IMG/VR virus record: IMGVR_UViG_3300017917_001562
Location: 1 to 64,000 of that record
DNA length: 64,000 nucleotides
Reading direction: 5' to 3' (one strand)
From: a virus
Below, one piece after another: positions 48,733 to 56,584 of this stretch. A program made the position numbers and the translations under genes. The stretch's first letter is position 1; every line of letters starts with the position of its first letter. The notes beneath the pieces are model-generated. The model had not been told where the DNA came from and searched no databases. It saw only the letters and a list, made by a program, of their open reading frames with translations.

Positions 48733-49133
48733 TATGAATATTTCAATGCTATCATTACGGCATCTTGCTCATTGTTAGTTGCTACAAACACTTTATCCTC
48801 ACCGCCTAGTTCGTTTACTGTCCATTCCCAATCAGTAGAAGGCTCACACATAACACGATGAAACTCCCAAACAGCATTTTCACCTAAAGCACGAGCAGGC
48901 CAAAAATAATGTTTTGTATCTTCTCGCACGGTCCACCCAAACGGTTGTTCTAAGTTAAAAAACTTGTTAGGATCAACGATAACAATATGTTTAAAATTTC
49001 TAAAAATATCTTTGATACGAGTAGCACGGACATTAACGGTTTGTTCATACCATGCCTTATACTCACGCTCTGCTTTTGTATAACCAGTTGTGCGAGTAAG
49101 ATACCAATCTTTGATATTGTCGAATAAAATCAT
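48732..49133 (-). CDS. Array-family protein (ends IALKYS)
   Basis: 133 aa; FVATNNEQDAVMIALKYS. Confidence 0.7.
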   Translation of the reverse strand: MILFDNIKDWYLTRTTGYTKAEREYKAWYEQTVNVRATRIKDIFRNFKHIVIVDPNKFFNLEQPFGWTVREDTKHYFWPARALGENAVWEFHRVMCEPSTDWEWTVNELGGEDKVFVATNNEQDAVMIALKYS

Positions 49134-49136
49134 GGT

Positions 49137-49376
49137 TTATTCTGCTAATACTTCAAACAGTTCAGCATACTGTGTTTCGGGTTCATCAACGAATCCAGTA
49201 TAGACCCATACTCTGCGACAATAAACTTTTTTAAGCCACACCCAACGGTTGTTAATAGTTTTATGCGGCAACAACACAAATGTTTCAACCCAGTCGTGTT
49301 CTACCGCGGTTATGTCGCCTATGTTTGGGATAAACATTGCTCCTCTAACTATTTCTTTAAATAGGGAAAAACTCAT
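49137..49376 (-). CDS. Hypothetical protein (non-family member inside the array)
   Basis: F.LLP.KT....WVWLK..Y motif, similar to 60864..61121. Confidence 0.6.
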   Translation of the reverse strand: MSFSLFKEIVRGAMFIPNIGDITAVEHDWVETFVLLPHKTINNRWVWLKKVYCRRVWVYTGFVDEPETQYAELFEVLAE

Positions 49377-49594
49377 GCCCACCTTAACGCTAATAAAATG
49401 TAAATTTTTTCATGAACATCAAATACATTATAGTTGATATGCCATTTTTCGTCAATGTTTTGAAACCATTGTTTATCTTCCTGCTCACAGAAAGATGTTC
49501 TTAACCAAATACTAACTTCTTTTTTACAAGATATAGTATACCAAGATTCATTATTAACTATAGCCTTAGTCCTTACTTTGAAGTTAGATTTCAT
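49373..49594 (-). CDS. Array-family small protein (ends LALRWA)
   Basis: Junction-coupled start MKSNF. Confidence 0.7.
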   Translation of the reverse strand: MKSNFKVRTKAIVNNESWYTISCKKEVSIWLRTSFCEQEDKQWFQNIDEKWHINYNVFDVHEKIYILLALRWA

Positions 49595-49839
49595 ACCCAC
49601 CTCAACGCAAACATAGTATATTTTTTCTCATCTACCACTGCAACCTGCACAACTTCGTATCCGTGCCTACCATATATATCTTGTTTAGGACATAGATCTA
49701 ATCTGAGCCCGGCTGTTTGTTCAATATGATACTTAAACCCAAGCATACGGTCCTCTCCAGAACTGGGCCAATCTGGGTCATATTCCATATAACATTTGTT
49801 TAGCAAACGATTTACGGATTTTGTATCTATAAATCTCAT
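49591..49839 (-). CDS. Array-family small protein (ends FALRWV)
   Basis: VVDEKKYTMFALRWV. Confidence 0.7.
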   Translation of the reverse strand: MRFIDTKSVNRLLNKCYMEYDPDWPSSGEDRMLGFKYHIEQTAGLRLDLCPKQDIYGRHGYEVVQVAVVDEKKYTMFALRWV

Positions 49840-50048
49840 GAGCTCCACCTCAATGCAAACATAGTTGCATCCTTGCTATTGCGGAAGTAATAATCCACAC
49901 CCTTCATTGAGGGCACTCGATTCCAGCGACCTTTAAACGGGCCCATGTTTTCGCCTAGCCATTCCTCAATCTTGTAATGCCCGGCGTGATCCATGGGCAT
50001 AGAGATAGGAATCTTTGCTGGCCAAATTTCTTTCTTTAGTTGTCTCAT
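49836..50048 (-). CDS. Array-family small protein (ends FALRWSS)
   Basis: WLGENMG..YYFRNSKDATMFALRWSS. Confidence 0.7.
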   Translation of the reverse strand: MRQLKKEIWPAKIPISMPMDHAGHYKIEEWLGENMGPFKGRWNRVPSMKGVDYYFRNSKDATMFALRWSS

Positions 50049-50335
50049 GACCACCTCAACTCTAAGAATGTTACCATTTCCGGAGGAACTAAGAATACAC
50101 TTTCAAACCATAGGTACCATGTGAACTTTTCTCGTGAGAAATGTTCGTTCATCCACACAACCTCTGGACCTAATACATCTACGCAAACATAATCTTCATA
50201 TCCCATGGGAGGGGCACGGCCAGTATCAACACGCGGCGGAATCAGGAATGTTGATTCATATTCGGCCAACCATTTAGCGTGAGCGGCTAGTTCGTTATCC
50301 GGTATCAGAGCAACACTTTGGAAATTTACTTTCAC
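50045..50335 (-). CDS. Array-family small protein (ends FLELRWS)
   Basis: GTG start at the junction; WMNEHF..MVTFLELRWS. Confidence 0.7.
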   Translation of the reverse strand: MKVNFQSVALIPDNELAAHAKWLAEYESTFLIPPRVDTGRAPPMGYEDYVCVDVLGPEVVWMNEHFSREKFTWYLWFESVFLVPPEMVTFLELRWS

Positions 50336-50565
50336 GACCACCTCAACATAAACCAAGTATACGCTTGTTCATCATAAAAGTCAATATACCTATCACCGTA
50401 ACCGCTTAACGGATTTATGGGTTTGGCTATCCAAAAGTTTGCCGACCAGTCCATGAGAGCATGATTGATTTCTTCCTCGCCAAAACTATCTGGTAAAAAG
50501 TTATACCACCATCTTGGGATTTCAGATGGATGGCGATCTTCTTCAAATATCTTTATTCTAATCAT
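50332..50565 (-). CDS. Array-family small protein (ends FMLRWS)
   Basis: IDFYDEQAYTWFMLRWS. Confidence 0.7.
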   Translation of the reverse strand: MIRIKIFEEDRHPSEIPRWWYNFLPDSFGEEEINHALMDWSANFWIAKPINPLSGYGDRYIDFYDEQAYTWFMLRWS

Positions 50566-50771
50566 GACCACCTCAACACAAACATCATATAATCATCTAC
50601 ACGGCGAAATTCAAATACACCTTCACTAACATAACGCCAGTTCTGTTCCTTGAATCGTCCTCTACACCATTCCATCGCAGGCAACCAGCCCCAGTGCTCA
50701 TACTCCTTGTGTGCAGGTTGAGGCACACTTGCAATAATCCAACTGTTGATAGGATTTCTTGGCAATTTCAT
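50562..50771 (-). CDS. Array-family small protein (ends FVLRWS)
   Basis: EWCRGRF..FEFRRVDDYMMFVLRWS. Confidence 0.7.
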   Translation of the reverse strand: MKLPRNPINSWIIASVPQPAHKEYEHWGWLPAMEWCRGRFKEQNWRYVSEGVFEFRRVDDYMMFVLRWS

Positions 50772-51022
50772 GACCACCTCAGAATAAACATACTAGCGTC
50801 TTTTTCTTTTTCAAACATCCAGATGCTACCTCGACCTTGATGGTTACCTTGTAAGTTTTCTCTGCACCATTTTTTGATTTCGTATATCTGCGTCTCGTGC
50901 ATCCTTGCGGGCCACTTTATCTCAACCTTTGTATAGCCTAGTTTAATCATCATGTCGCACATGATTTCCCAGTCTGTTTCTTCCTGGAGGGTTTTTGCAA
51001 GGTCTTGTTTTATTATTGTCAT
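50768..51022 (-). CDS. Array-family small protein (ends FILRWS)
   Basis: WCRENL..WMFEKEKDASMFILRWS. Confidence 0.7.
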   Translation of the reverse strand: MTIIKQDLAKTLQEETDWEIMCDMMIKLGYTKVEIKWPARMHETQIYEIKKWCRENLQGNHQGRGSIWMFEKEKDASMFILRWS

Positions 51023-51240
51023 GACCACCTCAACATAAACAAAGTAGCATGTGCGGGATCAGAAAACCACATTACATATCCAGAGCCGGGTTCTAGTCGC
51101 CAGTAGTGTTCGCTAGCTGGTTTTCCATATTGACAGTTATTAGGACTACCAAAAGTTTTTAAACACCATGCCCACCAAACAGGCAGGCCTTGTTGATTAT
51201 ATACATGTCTATGTTTCATGGGTACAATTACAATATTCAT
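51019..51240 (-). CDS. Array-family small protein (ends FMLRWS)
   Basis: WCLKTFG..MWFSDPAHATLFMLRWS. Confidence 0.7.
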   Translation of the reverse strand: MNIVIVPMKHRHVYNQQGLPVWWAWCLKTFGSPNNCQYGKPASEHYWRLEPGSGYVMWFSDPAHATLFMLRWS

Positions 51241-51482
51241 GACCACCTCAACGCAAATAACATAGCCTTTTTTTCGTCTACGATAGAGATCATAGTATCA
51301 CCTAACCTTGCGCTATACACTCCCCACTCATCGCCCGCTTCAGGCTCAATATCAATGCCGTCAGGCCAACTATTTTTTAACCAACGGCCACCGGGTCCTA
51401 CATTGTTGTATAACCAATGTTCTAACTCTACAAACTGTATCCGGTGTTTGCTCATAATGGTAGTAGCATCAAAGTTAATCAT
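51237..51482 (-). CDS. Array-family small protein (ends FALRWS)
   Basis: WLYNNVG..IVDEKKAMLFALRWS. Confidence 0.7.
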   Translation of the reverse strand: MINFDATTIMSKHRIQFVELEHWLYNNVGPGGRWLKNSWPDGIDIEPEAGDEWGVYSARLGDTMISIVDEKKAMLFALRWS

Positions 51483-51727
51483 GACCACCTCAGCGTTGTA
51501 AGCATCATGTCTTGCTCAAATTCAAAATAAAATCGGCCGGTTGATTCACAAAAACTATATCGGCCATGGCTGGGATAATTGTTACACCAGTTTACAATAG
51601 CTGCTTCTTTAACGAGCCATTCTAAAGTACCAGTATCGTAACTATCGAACTCTTCCTTATTCCAAAAGTTAGTAGAGTCTACAACATATTTGAAATTTTC
51701 TATGTCTAAGTTGGCTATTTTCTTCAC
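51479..51727 (-). CDS. Array-family small protein (ends TTLRWS)
   Basis: GTG start; WCNNY..FYFEFEQDMMLTTLRWS. Confidence 0.7.
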   Translation of the reverse strand: MKKIANLDIENFKYVVDSTNFWNKEEFDSYDTGTLEWLVKEAAIVNWCNNYPSHGRYSFCESTGRFYFEFEQDMMLTTLRWS

Positions 51728-51936
51728 ACCCACCTCAACAGTGCAAACATTCTATCTTTTTCATTTGTAATATACCACAAGTCAACACCATTAAGTGTGC
51801 CCTGGTATTCTGTTTCTATAGAATTTTTTTCACACCACTTATGAAAGTTTATTCTTTGCTGTGAGCTAACAGTAAAGCCCCGCGGATCACCTACTAATTT
51901 TACTCTGCCCTTTTCTGCAAAAACTTTAGTGGTCAT
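51724..51936 (-). CDS. Array-family small protein (ends FALLRWV)
   Basis: WCEKN..WYITNEKDRMFALLRWV. Confidence 0.7.
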   Translation of the reverse strand: MTTKVFAEKGRVKLVGDPRGFTVSSQQRINFHKWCEKNSIETEYQGTLNGVDLWYITNEKDRMFALLRWV

Positions 51937-52151
51937 GCCCACCTCAGTGCAAACCACTCTTTGTTTTCTCTAACTTGAAATATGTATCCGTTAGAGCCTG
52001 AACTTAGAAGAAAGTATTCTACTTTGTTTTCGCGCATCCAACCGTAGATGTCAAGCCACTCCTGAAATGTGCGAACAAGGTAAGTAGGGTAACCTGCCCA
52101 ACCTGGGTAGCTAGTAGATTCGACTTTCATATTCATTGTGTTATCAATCAT
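51933..52151 (-). CDS. Array-family small protein (ends FALRWA)
   Basis: WMRENKV..EWFALRWA; start could be a downstream ATG. Confidence 0.7.
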   Translation of the reverse strand: MIDNTMNMKVESTSYPGWAGYPTYLVRTFQEWLDIYGWMRENKVEYFLLSSGSNGYIFQVRENKEWFALRWA

Positions 52152-52482
52152 GAAAATCGTAATCGTAGCAGTGTCTAATTTCGTGTCCTAAATTTGAAGT
52201 GCTGGTGTTGGTACCTGTAATTACAGTACACTGATCACCTCGCCAAACAGCACAACCAACAATTCTATTTTTACCAAATCTACCATTGGTGCTTTTATCA
52301 CAGATTTGTTGCAGCTCTTGGTCAGACACTTGACGCCAAGTAATAGTTCTTACTCTTGTTTGTGATTTAGCAGTACTGATGTGTTCGGCGTTGTATTCCC
52401 ATGCCTTAACGGGGTTGACAGGTTGAGCACTACAACCAGATACTGCTGCAACAATCGCAAAAACTAAAGACATTTTTTTCAT
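52144..52482 (-). CDS. Predicted lipoprotein with HExxH motif
   Basis: MKKMSLVFAIVAAVSG-C lipobox; LGHEIRHC. Confidence 0.7.
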   Translation of the reverse strand: MKKMSLVFAIVAAVSGCSAQPVNPVKAWEYNAEHISTAKSQTRVRTITWRQVSDQELQQICDKSTNGRFGKNRIVGCAVWRGDQCTVITGTNTSTSNLGHEIRHCYDYDFHD

Positions 52483-52483
52483 G

Positions 52484-52708
52484 TTAATTCCACCTTAACA
52501 AAAACATTGTCAAATCTTTTTGATTTTTAAATTCAAACATATCGTAGGCAATCCTGTAACCACAATGATTTTCCCTGCACCATTCTACCATTTCAGCTAT
52601 AGGATAGCCTAAATAATGACCTTCTTGATCAAGTATAAATTCATCCACCGAAATTTTTACAGCAAGCCTAAGCCTTGGATCTGGTTCAATGGCGTAGGCT
52701 TTGCTCAT
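52484..52708 (-). CDS. Array-family small protein (ends FLLRWN), first cassette
   Basis: TAATG overlap with the vWA gene; WCRENH..FEFKNQKDLTMFLLRWN. Confidence 0.7.
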   Translation of the reverse strand: MSKAYAIEPDPRLRLAVKISVDEFILDQEGHYLGYPIAEMVEWCRENHCGYRIAYDMFEFKNQKDLTMFLLRWN

Positions 52709-53985
52709 TATGCTTTGGCCAATTCCTTGGCTCGTTCATAAATTGCCCAAACACCAAAGGGAGGTTCTGCTTGCTCGTTGCCTTTGATAATGAATACAGT
52801 ATCGCAGTATTCGCTGTCACCCCACTCACCAAAAGGCATACCGTCAGTGAACATGATAAACTTCTTAGGTTGAATATCATTTTCCTTCATGTATTCCCAA
52901 TTAGCCATAAAGTCAGTACCACCACCACCTTGGGGCTCATAGGTAAGAATGTCCTCTAGTGATTCTGAACTGTAAACTTGGTGATTATACACTGCGGTGT
53001 CAAAACTCCACACTTGAATCTTGTACTCGTCATAGGCTTCCATAATGCCTTTGATCTCAGCCATAAAAGCCTTGATGTCTTCCTCGCCAATAGAACCCGA
53101 AGTGTCAATGGCAATACAAACATCAATCTGTTGACCCGGGATCATACCAGGCATAACAGCATCCAAGTGCCAGCTACGGCGTGAAGGGCGCAACCAAGTA
53201 AAGTCGTTTTTAACGGTGCTTTGGATTTGTTGTTCCAACAGCTCACGCCAGTTAACTACAGGCCTAGTCAAGTCTTTGATCAGACGCTTAACACCTGACG
53301 GCAAATTGCTGGCGCCTGTGGCCTGTGCGGCCTGTAGCAGTGCTTCGCGGATTTCGTCTTTGATGGCCTGTCGTTCTTCTTTGCTGAGACGGGGACGACC
53401 TTTGCCTTCTTTCTCGTCACCATCTTCGTCGCTACTGCCGTTGTCACCATCACCGTCCAAGTGCTCGTCTAACAGTTGATCCATCAAATCGCTGATGTCA
53501 ATTTTTTCTGCATTTTCATAAAGGTCGTCGTAGACTTCTTCAGCACTCCAACCTTTGTATTTGACATCATACAGGCAAGGGGTAATTTTGTCACCAATCC
53601 GTTGCTCAATCAAATCACTGTTAACACAATAGTCAGCGGCACAATTAAACAAACGGCGATCGCGGTCGCCATTACGACCCATATGGTCATAGACATTGTG
53701 CAGAACTTCGTGGCCAAACAAGAACTCAAGTTCTTTGGGTTTCAGTTTATTAACGAACTCAGTGTTGTAATAAAATTTACGACCATCGGTTGCAGCAGTA
53801 CCAAGCCAACTGTCTGCATTAACCAATTGCAGTCTGGTAGCAAGGTTACCAAAGAATGGTGCCTTAAGCAAGAGACCGATACGAGCAGTAGTCAATTTTT
53901 CACGCACTGCACGATCCAAAGCAGGATCGGTATTGTCAGTGAGACGACCTGCGATGTCTTTTTGTTTACTGTCTGATGTAGCCAT
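52708..53985 (-). CDS. Metallopeptidase-like (HExxH) plus vWA domain protein (DUF2201-type)
   Basis: TAATDG, HEVLH, N.AADY.VN; MIDAS DTSGS, GGGTDF, FTDG. Confidence 0.85.
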   Translation of the reverse strand: MATSDSKQKDIAGRLTDNTDPALDRAVREKLTTARIGLLLKAPFFGNLATRLQLVNADSWLGTAATDGRKFYYNTEFVNKLKPKELEFLFGHEVLHNVYDHMGRNGDRDRRLFNCAADYCVNSDLIEQRIGDKITPCLYDVKYKGWSAEEVYDDLYENAEKIDISDLMDQLLDEHLDGDGDNGSSDEDGDEKEGKGRPRLSKEERQAIKDEIREALLQAAQATGASNLPSGVKRLIKDLTRPVVNWRELLEQQIQSTVKNDFTWLRPSRRSWHLDAVMPGMIPGQQIDVCIAIDTSGSIGEEDIKAFMAEIKGIMEAYDEYKIQVWSFDTAVYNHQVYSSESLEDILTYEPQGGGGTDFMANWEYMKENDIQPKKFIMFTDGMPFGEWGDSEYCDTVFIIKGNEQAEPPFGVWAIYERAKELAKA

Positions 53986-54010
53986 TTATCTGCTCCTTGT
54001 TAATGTATAT

Positions 54011-54039
54011 ATTATAACACACTTGCGAATTTTTGTCAT
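54011..54039 (-). promoter_or_regulatory. sigma70-type promoter upstream of the vWA gene and array
   Basis: ATGACA-17 nt (AAAATTCGCAAGTGTGT)-TATAAT, followed by AAGGAG SD. Confidence 0.7.
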
Positions 54040-54052
54040 TAATACCAAAGTA

Positions 54053-54346
54053 TTACAACCATTTAAGTGTAAACAGTTCTAGTTCTTGATTTGTTTTAAG
54101 ATAAATTAATGGAGTATCGTATTTAATATCCTCTAATCTATAAGACCAAGATTGGTTCCTAGTAAATTTTGCATGACTTAAATGAAGGTTGAGTTGGACA
54201 CCCATACCCCATATTTCATTGCACCAATGACACCATTCTACAAATTTAGGAATTCTAGAGTCAAAGGGTTCGTGCAGTTCAATCCTGTATGCAAAATGCC
54301 CATATCCTCCATGACGGCGATCTAATTTTACAACCTTGGCGGGCAT
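54053..54346 (-). CDS. Array-family small protein between the AAA and vWA genes (ends FTLKWL)
   Basis: WCNEIWG..IYLKTNQELELFTLKWL. Confidence 0.7.
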   Translation of the reverse strand: MPAKVVKLDRRHGGYGHFAYRIELHEPFDSRIPKFVEWCHWCNEIWGMGVQLNLHLSHAKFTRNQSWSYRLEDIKYDTPLIYLKTNQELELFTLKWL

Positions 54347-54365
54347 GATTGTTACTAGTAATTGG

Positions 54366-54409
54366 GGACTTACGGGAGAAAGGAGTTGGAAAGCCCTGCC
54401 CCGTAGTCC
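54366..54409 (-). other. GC-rich stem-loop directly after the AAA ATPase stop
   Basis: GGAC-TACGGG...CCCGTA-A-GTCC inverted repeat; no U-tract. Confidence 0.5.
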
Positions 54410-55519
54410 TTACTTGCTGTTGGCGGCTACAATGTATTTGCCAAATCGCTTATGGAACTCGTCGAAATGTTTCAACTTGCCAGGAATGAAAGGCAGATTG
54501 TAGGTAGTCAGTGCAACACGAGCACCCATAACAGTCAATTCGGTAGTGAAATTGTCCATCATGTAACGGAAGAAGAAATCTGCCATACTGTTAAATTTCT
54601 CGTCAGGCTTGCCGTTATTTTTTAGCACATGATCCTGAAGTTCATAGCAGAGGTTCACAGTTAGTGAGTACATGGCTGAAATTTCTTTGACCTTAAGATC
54701 AGTGACTTTGCCGTCAAGAATGTCAATAGGCTTAGGCAACTGACCTGCAACCTTGCGGTGCGCCATAAACTTAACTGCAACACCTTCGCCCACAGCACCT
54801 GAAATCAAGTCAGTAAGTTCGCTGTCAGTGCAGTCATTGTCCTCCAACAGTTCACTGACAAAAGTCCACGAACGAGGAGTAGCGAACGCACGGCTTGAAC
54901 TACGGGGGTCAAAGTCGTAAAGGTCTTGTTTAGCAAAACCAATATAACCAATCACATCTGAACTGATGCGGTTAATGGTAGCCCATTGCTCCCACGATTC
55001 GTGATCAACTCGCATCTCCAAGTGAACGAAGCGGTTAGCCAACGGAGCAGGCATACGATAAGTAACGCCTTTATCAGTTTCACGGTTACCTGCGGCAATC
55101 ACAACCACATTGTCAGGCAGTGTATACTTGCCAATACGGCGGTTCAAAACCAGCTGATAAGCTGCGGCCTGGATGCTGGGTGCAGCACTGTTCATTTCAT
55201 CAAGGAACAAAACAACCACAGGATACTGTTTGGCCAGTTCTTCACTGGGCAAGTCGATTGGGGGAGCCCAATCCATCAAACCATTGTCTTTGTTGTAATA
55301 AGGAATACCACGCAGGTCAGTGGGTTCCATCTGTGCCAAACGAAGGTCAATCATAAGACCGCCCATTTCTTCAGCAATACTAGCAACCAGTTCGGACTTG
55401 CCGATGCCTGGAGGACCCCACAGGAACAGGGGTCGTTTTTTCTTAAAACACTTGGTAATGGCACGACGAGCGGTCAGTGCGGTTACAGTGCGATTTTCAG
55501 TAATTGAGTCTTTCGACAT
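54410..55519 (-). CDS. MoxR-like AAA+ ATPase
   Basis: Walker A GPPGIGKS, DLRG.P, Walker B LFLDEMN, AAGN, LANRF, TPRSW. Confidence 0.88.
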   Translation of the reverse strand: MSKDSITENRTVTALTARRAITKCFKKKRPLFLWGPPGIGKSELVASIAEEMGGLMIDLRLAQMEPTDLRGIPYYNKDNGLMDWAPPIDLPSEELAKQYPVVVLFLDEMNSAAPSIQAAAYQLVLNRRIGKYTLPDNVVVIAAGNRETDKGVTYRMPAPLANRFVHLEMRVDHESWEQWATINRISSDVIGYIGFAKQDLYDFDPRSSSRAFATPRSWTFVSELLEDNDCTDSELTDLISGAVGEGVAVKFMAHRKVAGQLPKPIDILDGKVTDLKVKEISAMYSLTVNLCYELQDHVLKNNGKPDEKFNSMADFFFRYMMDNFTTELTVMGARVALTTYNLPFIPGKLKHFDEFHKRFGKYIVAANSK

Positions 55520-55546
55520 CGTCTTCTCCTTTGCTTTAAAAAGTAT

Positions 55547-55575
55547 ATTATACCTAATCTGCGAATTATTGTCTG
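55547..55575 (-). promoter_or_regulatory. sigma70-type promoter upstream of the AAA ATPase
   Basis: CAGACA-17 nt (ATAATTCGCAGATTAGG)-TATAAT; AAGGAG SD. Confidence 0.6.
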
Positions 55576-55581
55576 TAGTTA

Positions 55582-55854
55582 TTATACCACAGTCAACATA
55601 TTAGCAGGAACTCGCCACAGACCTGCCACAGTGCGAACAGTGACATATTTCTGTGCAATTTTGACCACTGTACCAGTGTAATCACGGCCTTGTTTGGAAT
55701 TGTGAAAGTTAACATTGTCGCCCAACATCAAACTGGCTTTGGTTCGCTTGGTCAGCTGAGCCCTAGCATATTTTAAAGCTTCTGTAATTTTACTAAGGTC
55801 TTCGTTGGTAAAATTACCGGCCACCAATTCACGGACGATATCGTTTGTGTTCAT
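55582..55854 (-). CDS. Hypothetical protein (possible SH3/KOW-like C-terminus)
   Basis: 90 aa; LGDNVNF..GTVVKI..KYVTV..WRVP; AGGAG SD. Confidence 0.7.
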   Translation of the reverse strand: MNTNDIVRELVAGNFTNEDLSKITEALKYARAQLTKRTKASLMLGDNVNFHNSKQGRDYTGTVVKIAQKYVTVRTVAGLWRVPANMLTVV

Positions 55855-55890
55855 GTTAGTTCAACTCCTGTTTTGTTACTGTATGCCATT

Positions 55891-55919
55891 ATTATAGCAA
55901 AATTGGGAATTTCGGACAA
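55891..55919 (-). promoter_or_regulatory. Early sigma70-type promoter (copy 1 of duplicated module)
   Basis: TTGTCC-17 nt-TATAAT with TGn extension. Confidence 0.75.
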
Positions 55920-55933
55920 GTACTACTTGAGTA

Positions 55934-56359
55934 TTACTTTTCTAGGGCGTAGGGTTTGTCCCAACGGCCAATGTTGACATCAATATACCAACCCACATCA
56001 AAATAGTCAGTCATTGCATCGCTATTGTCGTGATTGCCGTTATTCATTGCAGGAATAACTTCCTTCAAAAAGTTAAGGGCCCGGCCACTGAAATGCTCTT
56101 TGTACCAATAAGGATTAACATCCAGGCTACGGTTCTTGCGGATGTAGTCAATTTGATCTTGACCCATCTTTTTACCAGACAGACCATTGGTGTCAGTTTC
56201 AATGAAATTTTCAATGAAGTCAATGCGACCCTGCTTGATGTTCAGAACCAAGGTGCTGTGATTGCGAACTGCAATACTGGCCTTGACACCATACTTCTTG
56301 CAGATTGCTTTGATGGCAGGTGCCAGCATAGCCTTCTTTTCTTGCGACATATAAGCCAT
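55934..56359 (-). CDS. Hypothetical early protein
   Basis: 141 aa, AGGAG SD; DNSDAMTDYFDVGWY motif. Confidence 0.75.
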   Translation of the reverse strand: MAYMSQEKKAMLAPAIKAICKKYGVKASIAVRNHSTLVLNIKQGRIDFIENFIETDTNGLSGKKMGQDQIDYIRKNRSLDVNPYWYKEHFSGRALNFLKEVIPAMNNGNHDNSDAMTDYFDVGWYIDVNIGRWDKPYALEK

Positions 56360-56372
56360 TTTTATCTCCTAA

Positions 56373-56552
56373 TTAAACAGCAAGCGCGAACAGTTTCGCC
56401 ATATTAGAAAACACCACACGATAAGCACGGACTTCACGATCCGTCAAGTCTTCTATGCTGTCTTGCATTTCTTCAAGAGTTTCCAGCAGGCCCGGAAGAG
56501 CCCAGTTTTGCTGATAATCTTGGACAATTTCCATGGCTTGTTCAAAGTTCAT
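56373..56552 (-). CDS. 59-aa hypothetical protein (not in ORF track)
   Basis: MNFEQAMEIVQDYQQNWALPGLLETLEEMQ..LFALAV; AGGAG SD and promoter upstream. Confidence 0.75.
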   Translation of the reverse strand: MNFEQAMEIVQDYQQNWALPGLLETLEEMQDSIEDLTDREVRAYRVVFSNMAKLFALAV

Positions 56553-56584
56553 TTCAAACTCCTGTTTTGTTAACCTATGCCATA

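Larger units (their letters stand above)
45843..52708 (-). repeat. Tandem array of small paralogous ORFs with conserved junction repeat TTGAGGTGGTCATGA
   Basis: Plus-strand TCATGACCACCTCA exact at 48080, 50045, 50562, 50768, 51019, 51237 and 51479; variants at 46993, 47644, 47871, 49373, 49591, 49836, 50332, 51724, 51933 and 52484. Confidence 0.9.

Noticed and set aside
46993-52498. Junction repeats as a CRISPR array
   Set aside because: Repeats are about 14 nt, spaced 200-290 nt by intact ORFs and are themselves coding; no cas genes seen
45843-52708. Classical integron (attC) or diversity-generating retroelement
   Set aside because: No attC-like long imperfect palindromes, integrase, reverse transcriptase or TR/VR pair differing only at adenines in this window
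52675-56407. Plus-strand ORFs opposite the vWA/AAA/early genes (e.g. 53476..53976, 54986..55507)
   Set aside because: Antisense shadows favoured by the locally higher GC content; no recognisable motifs
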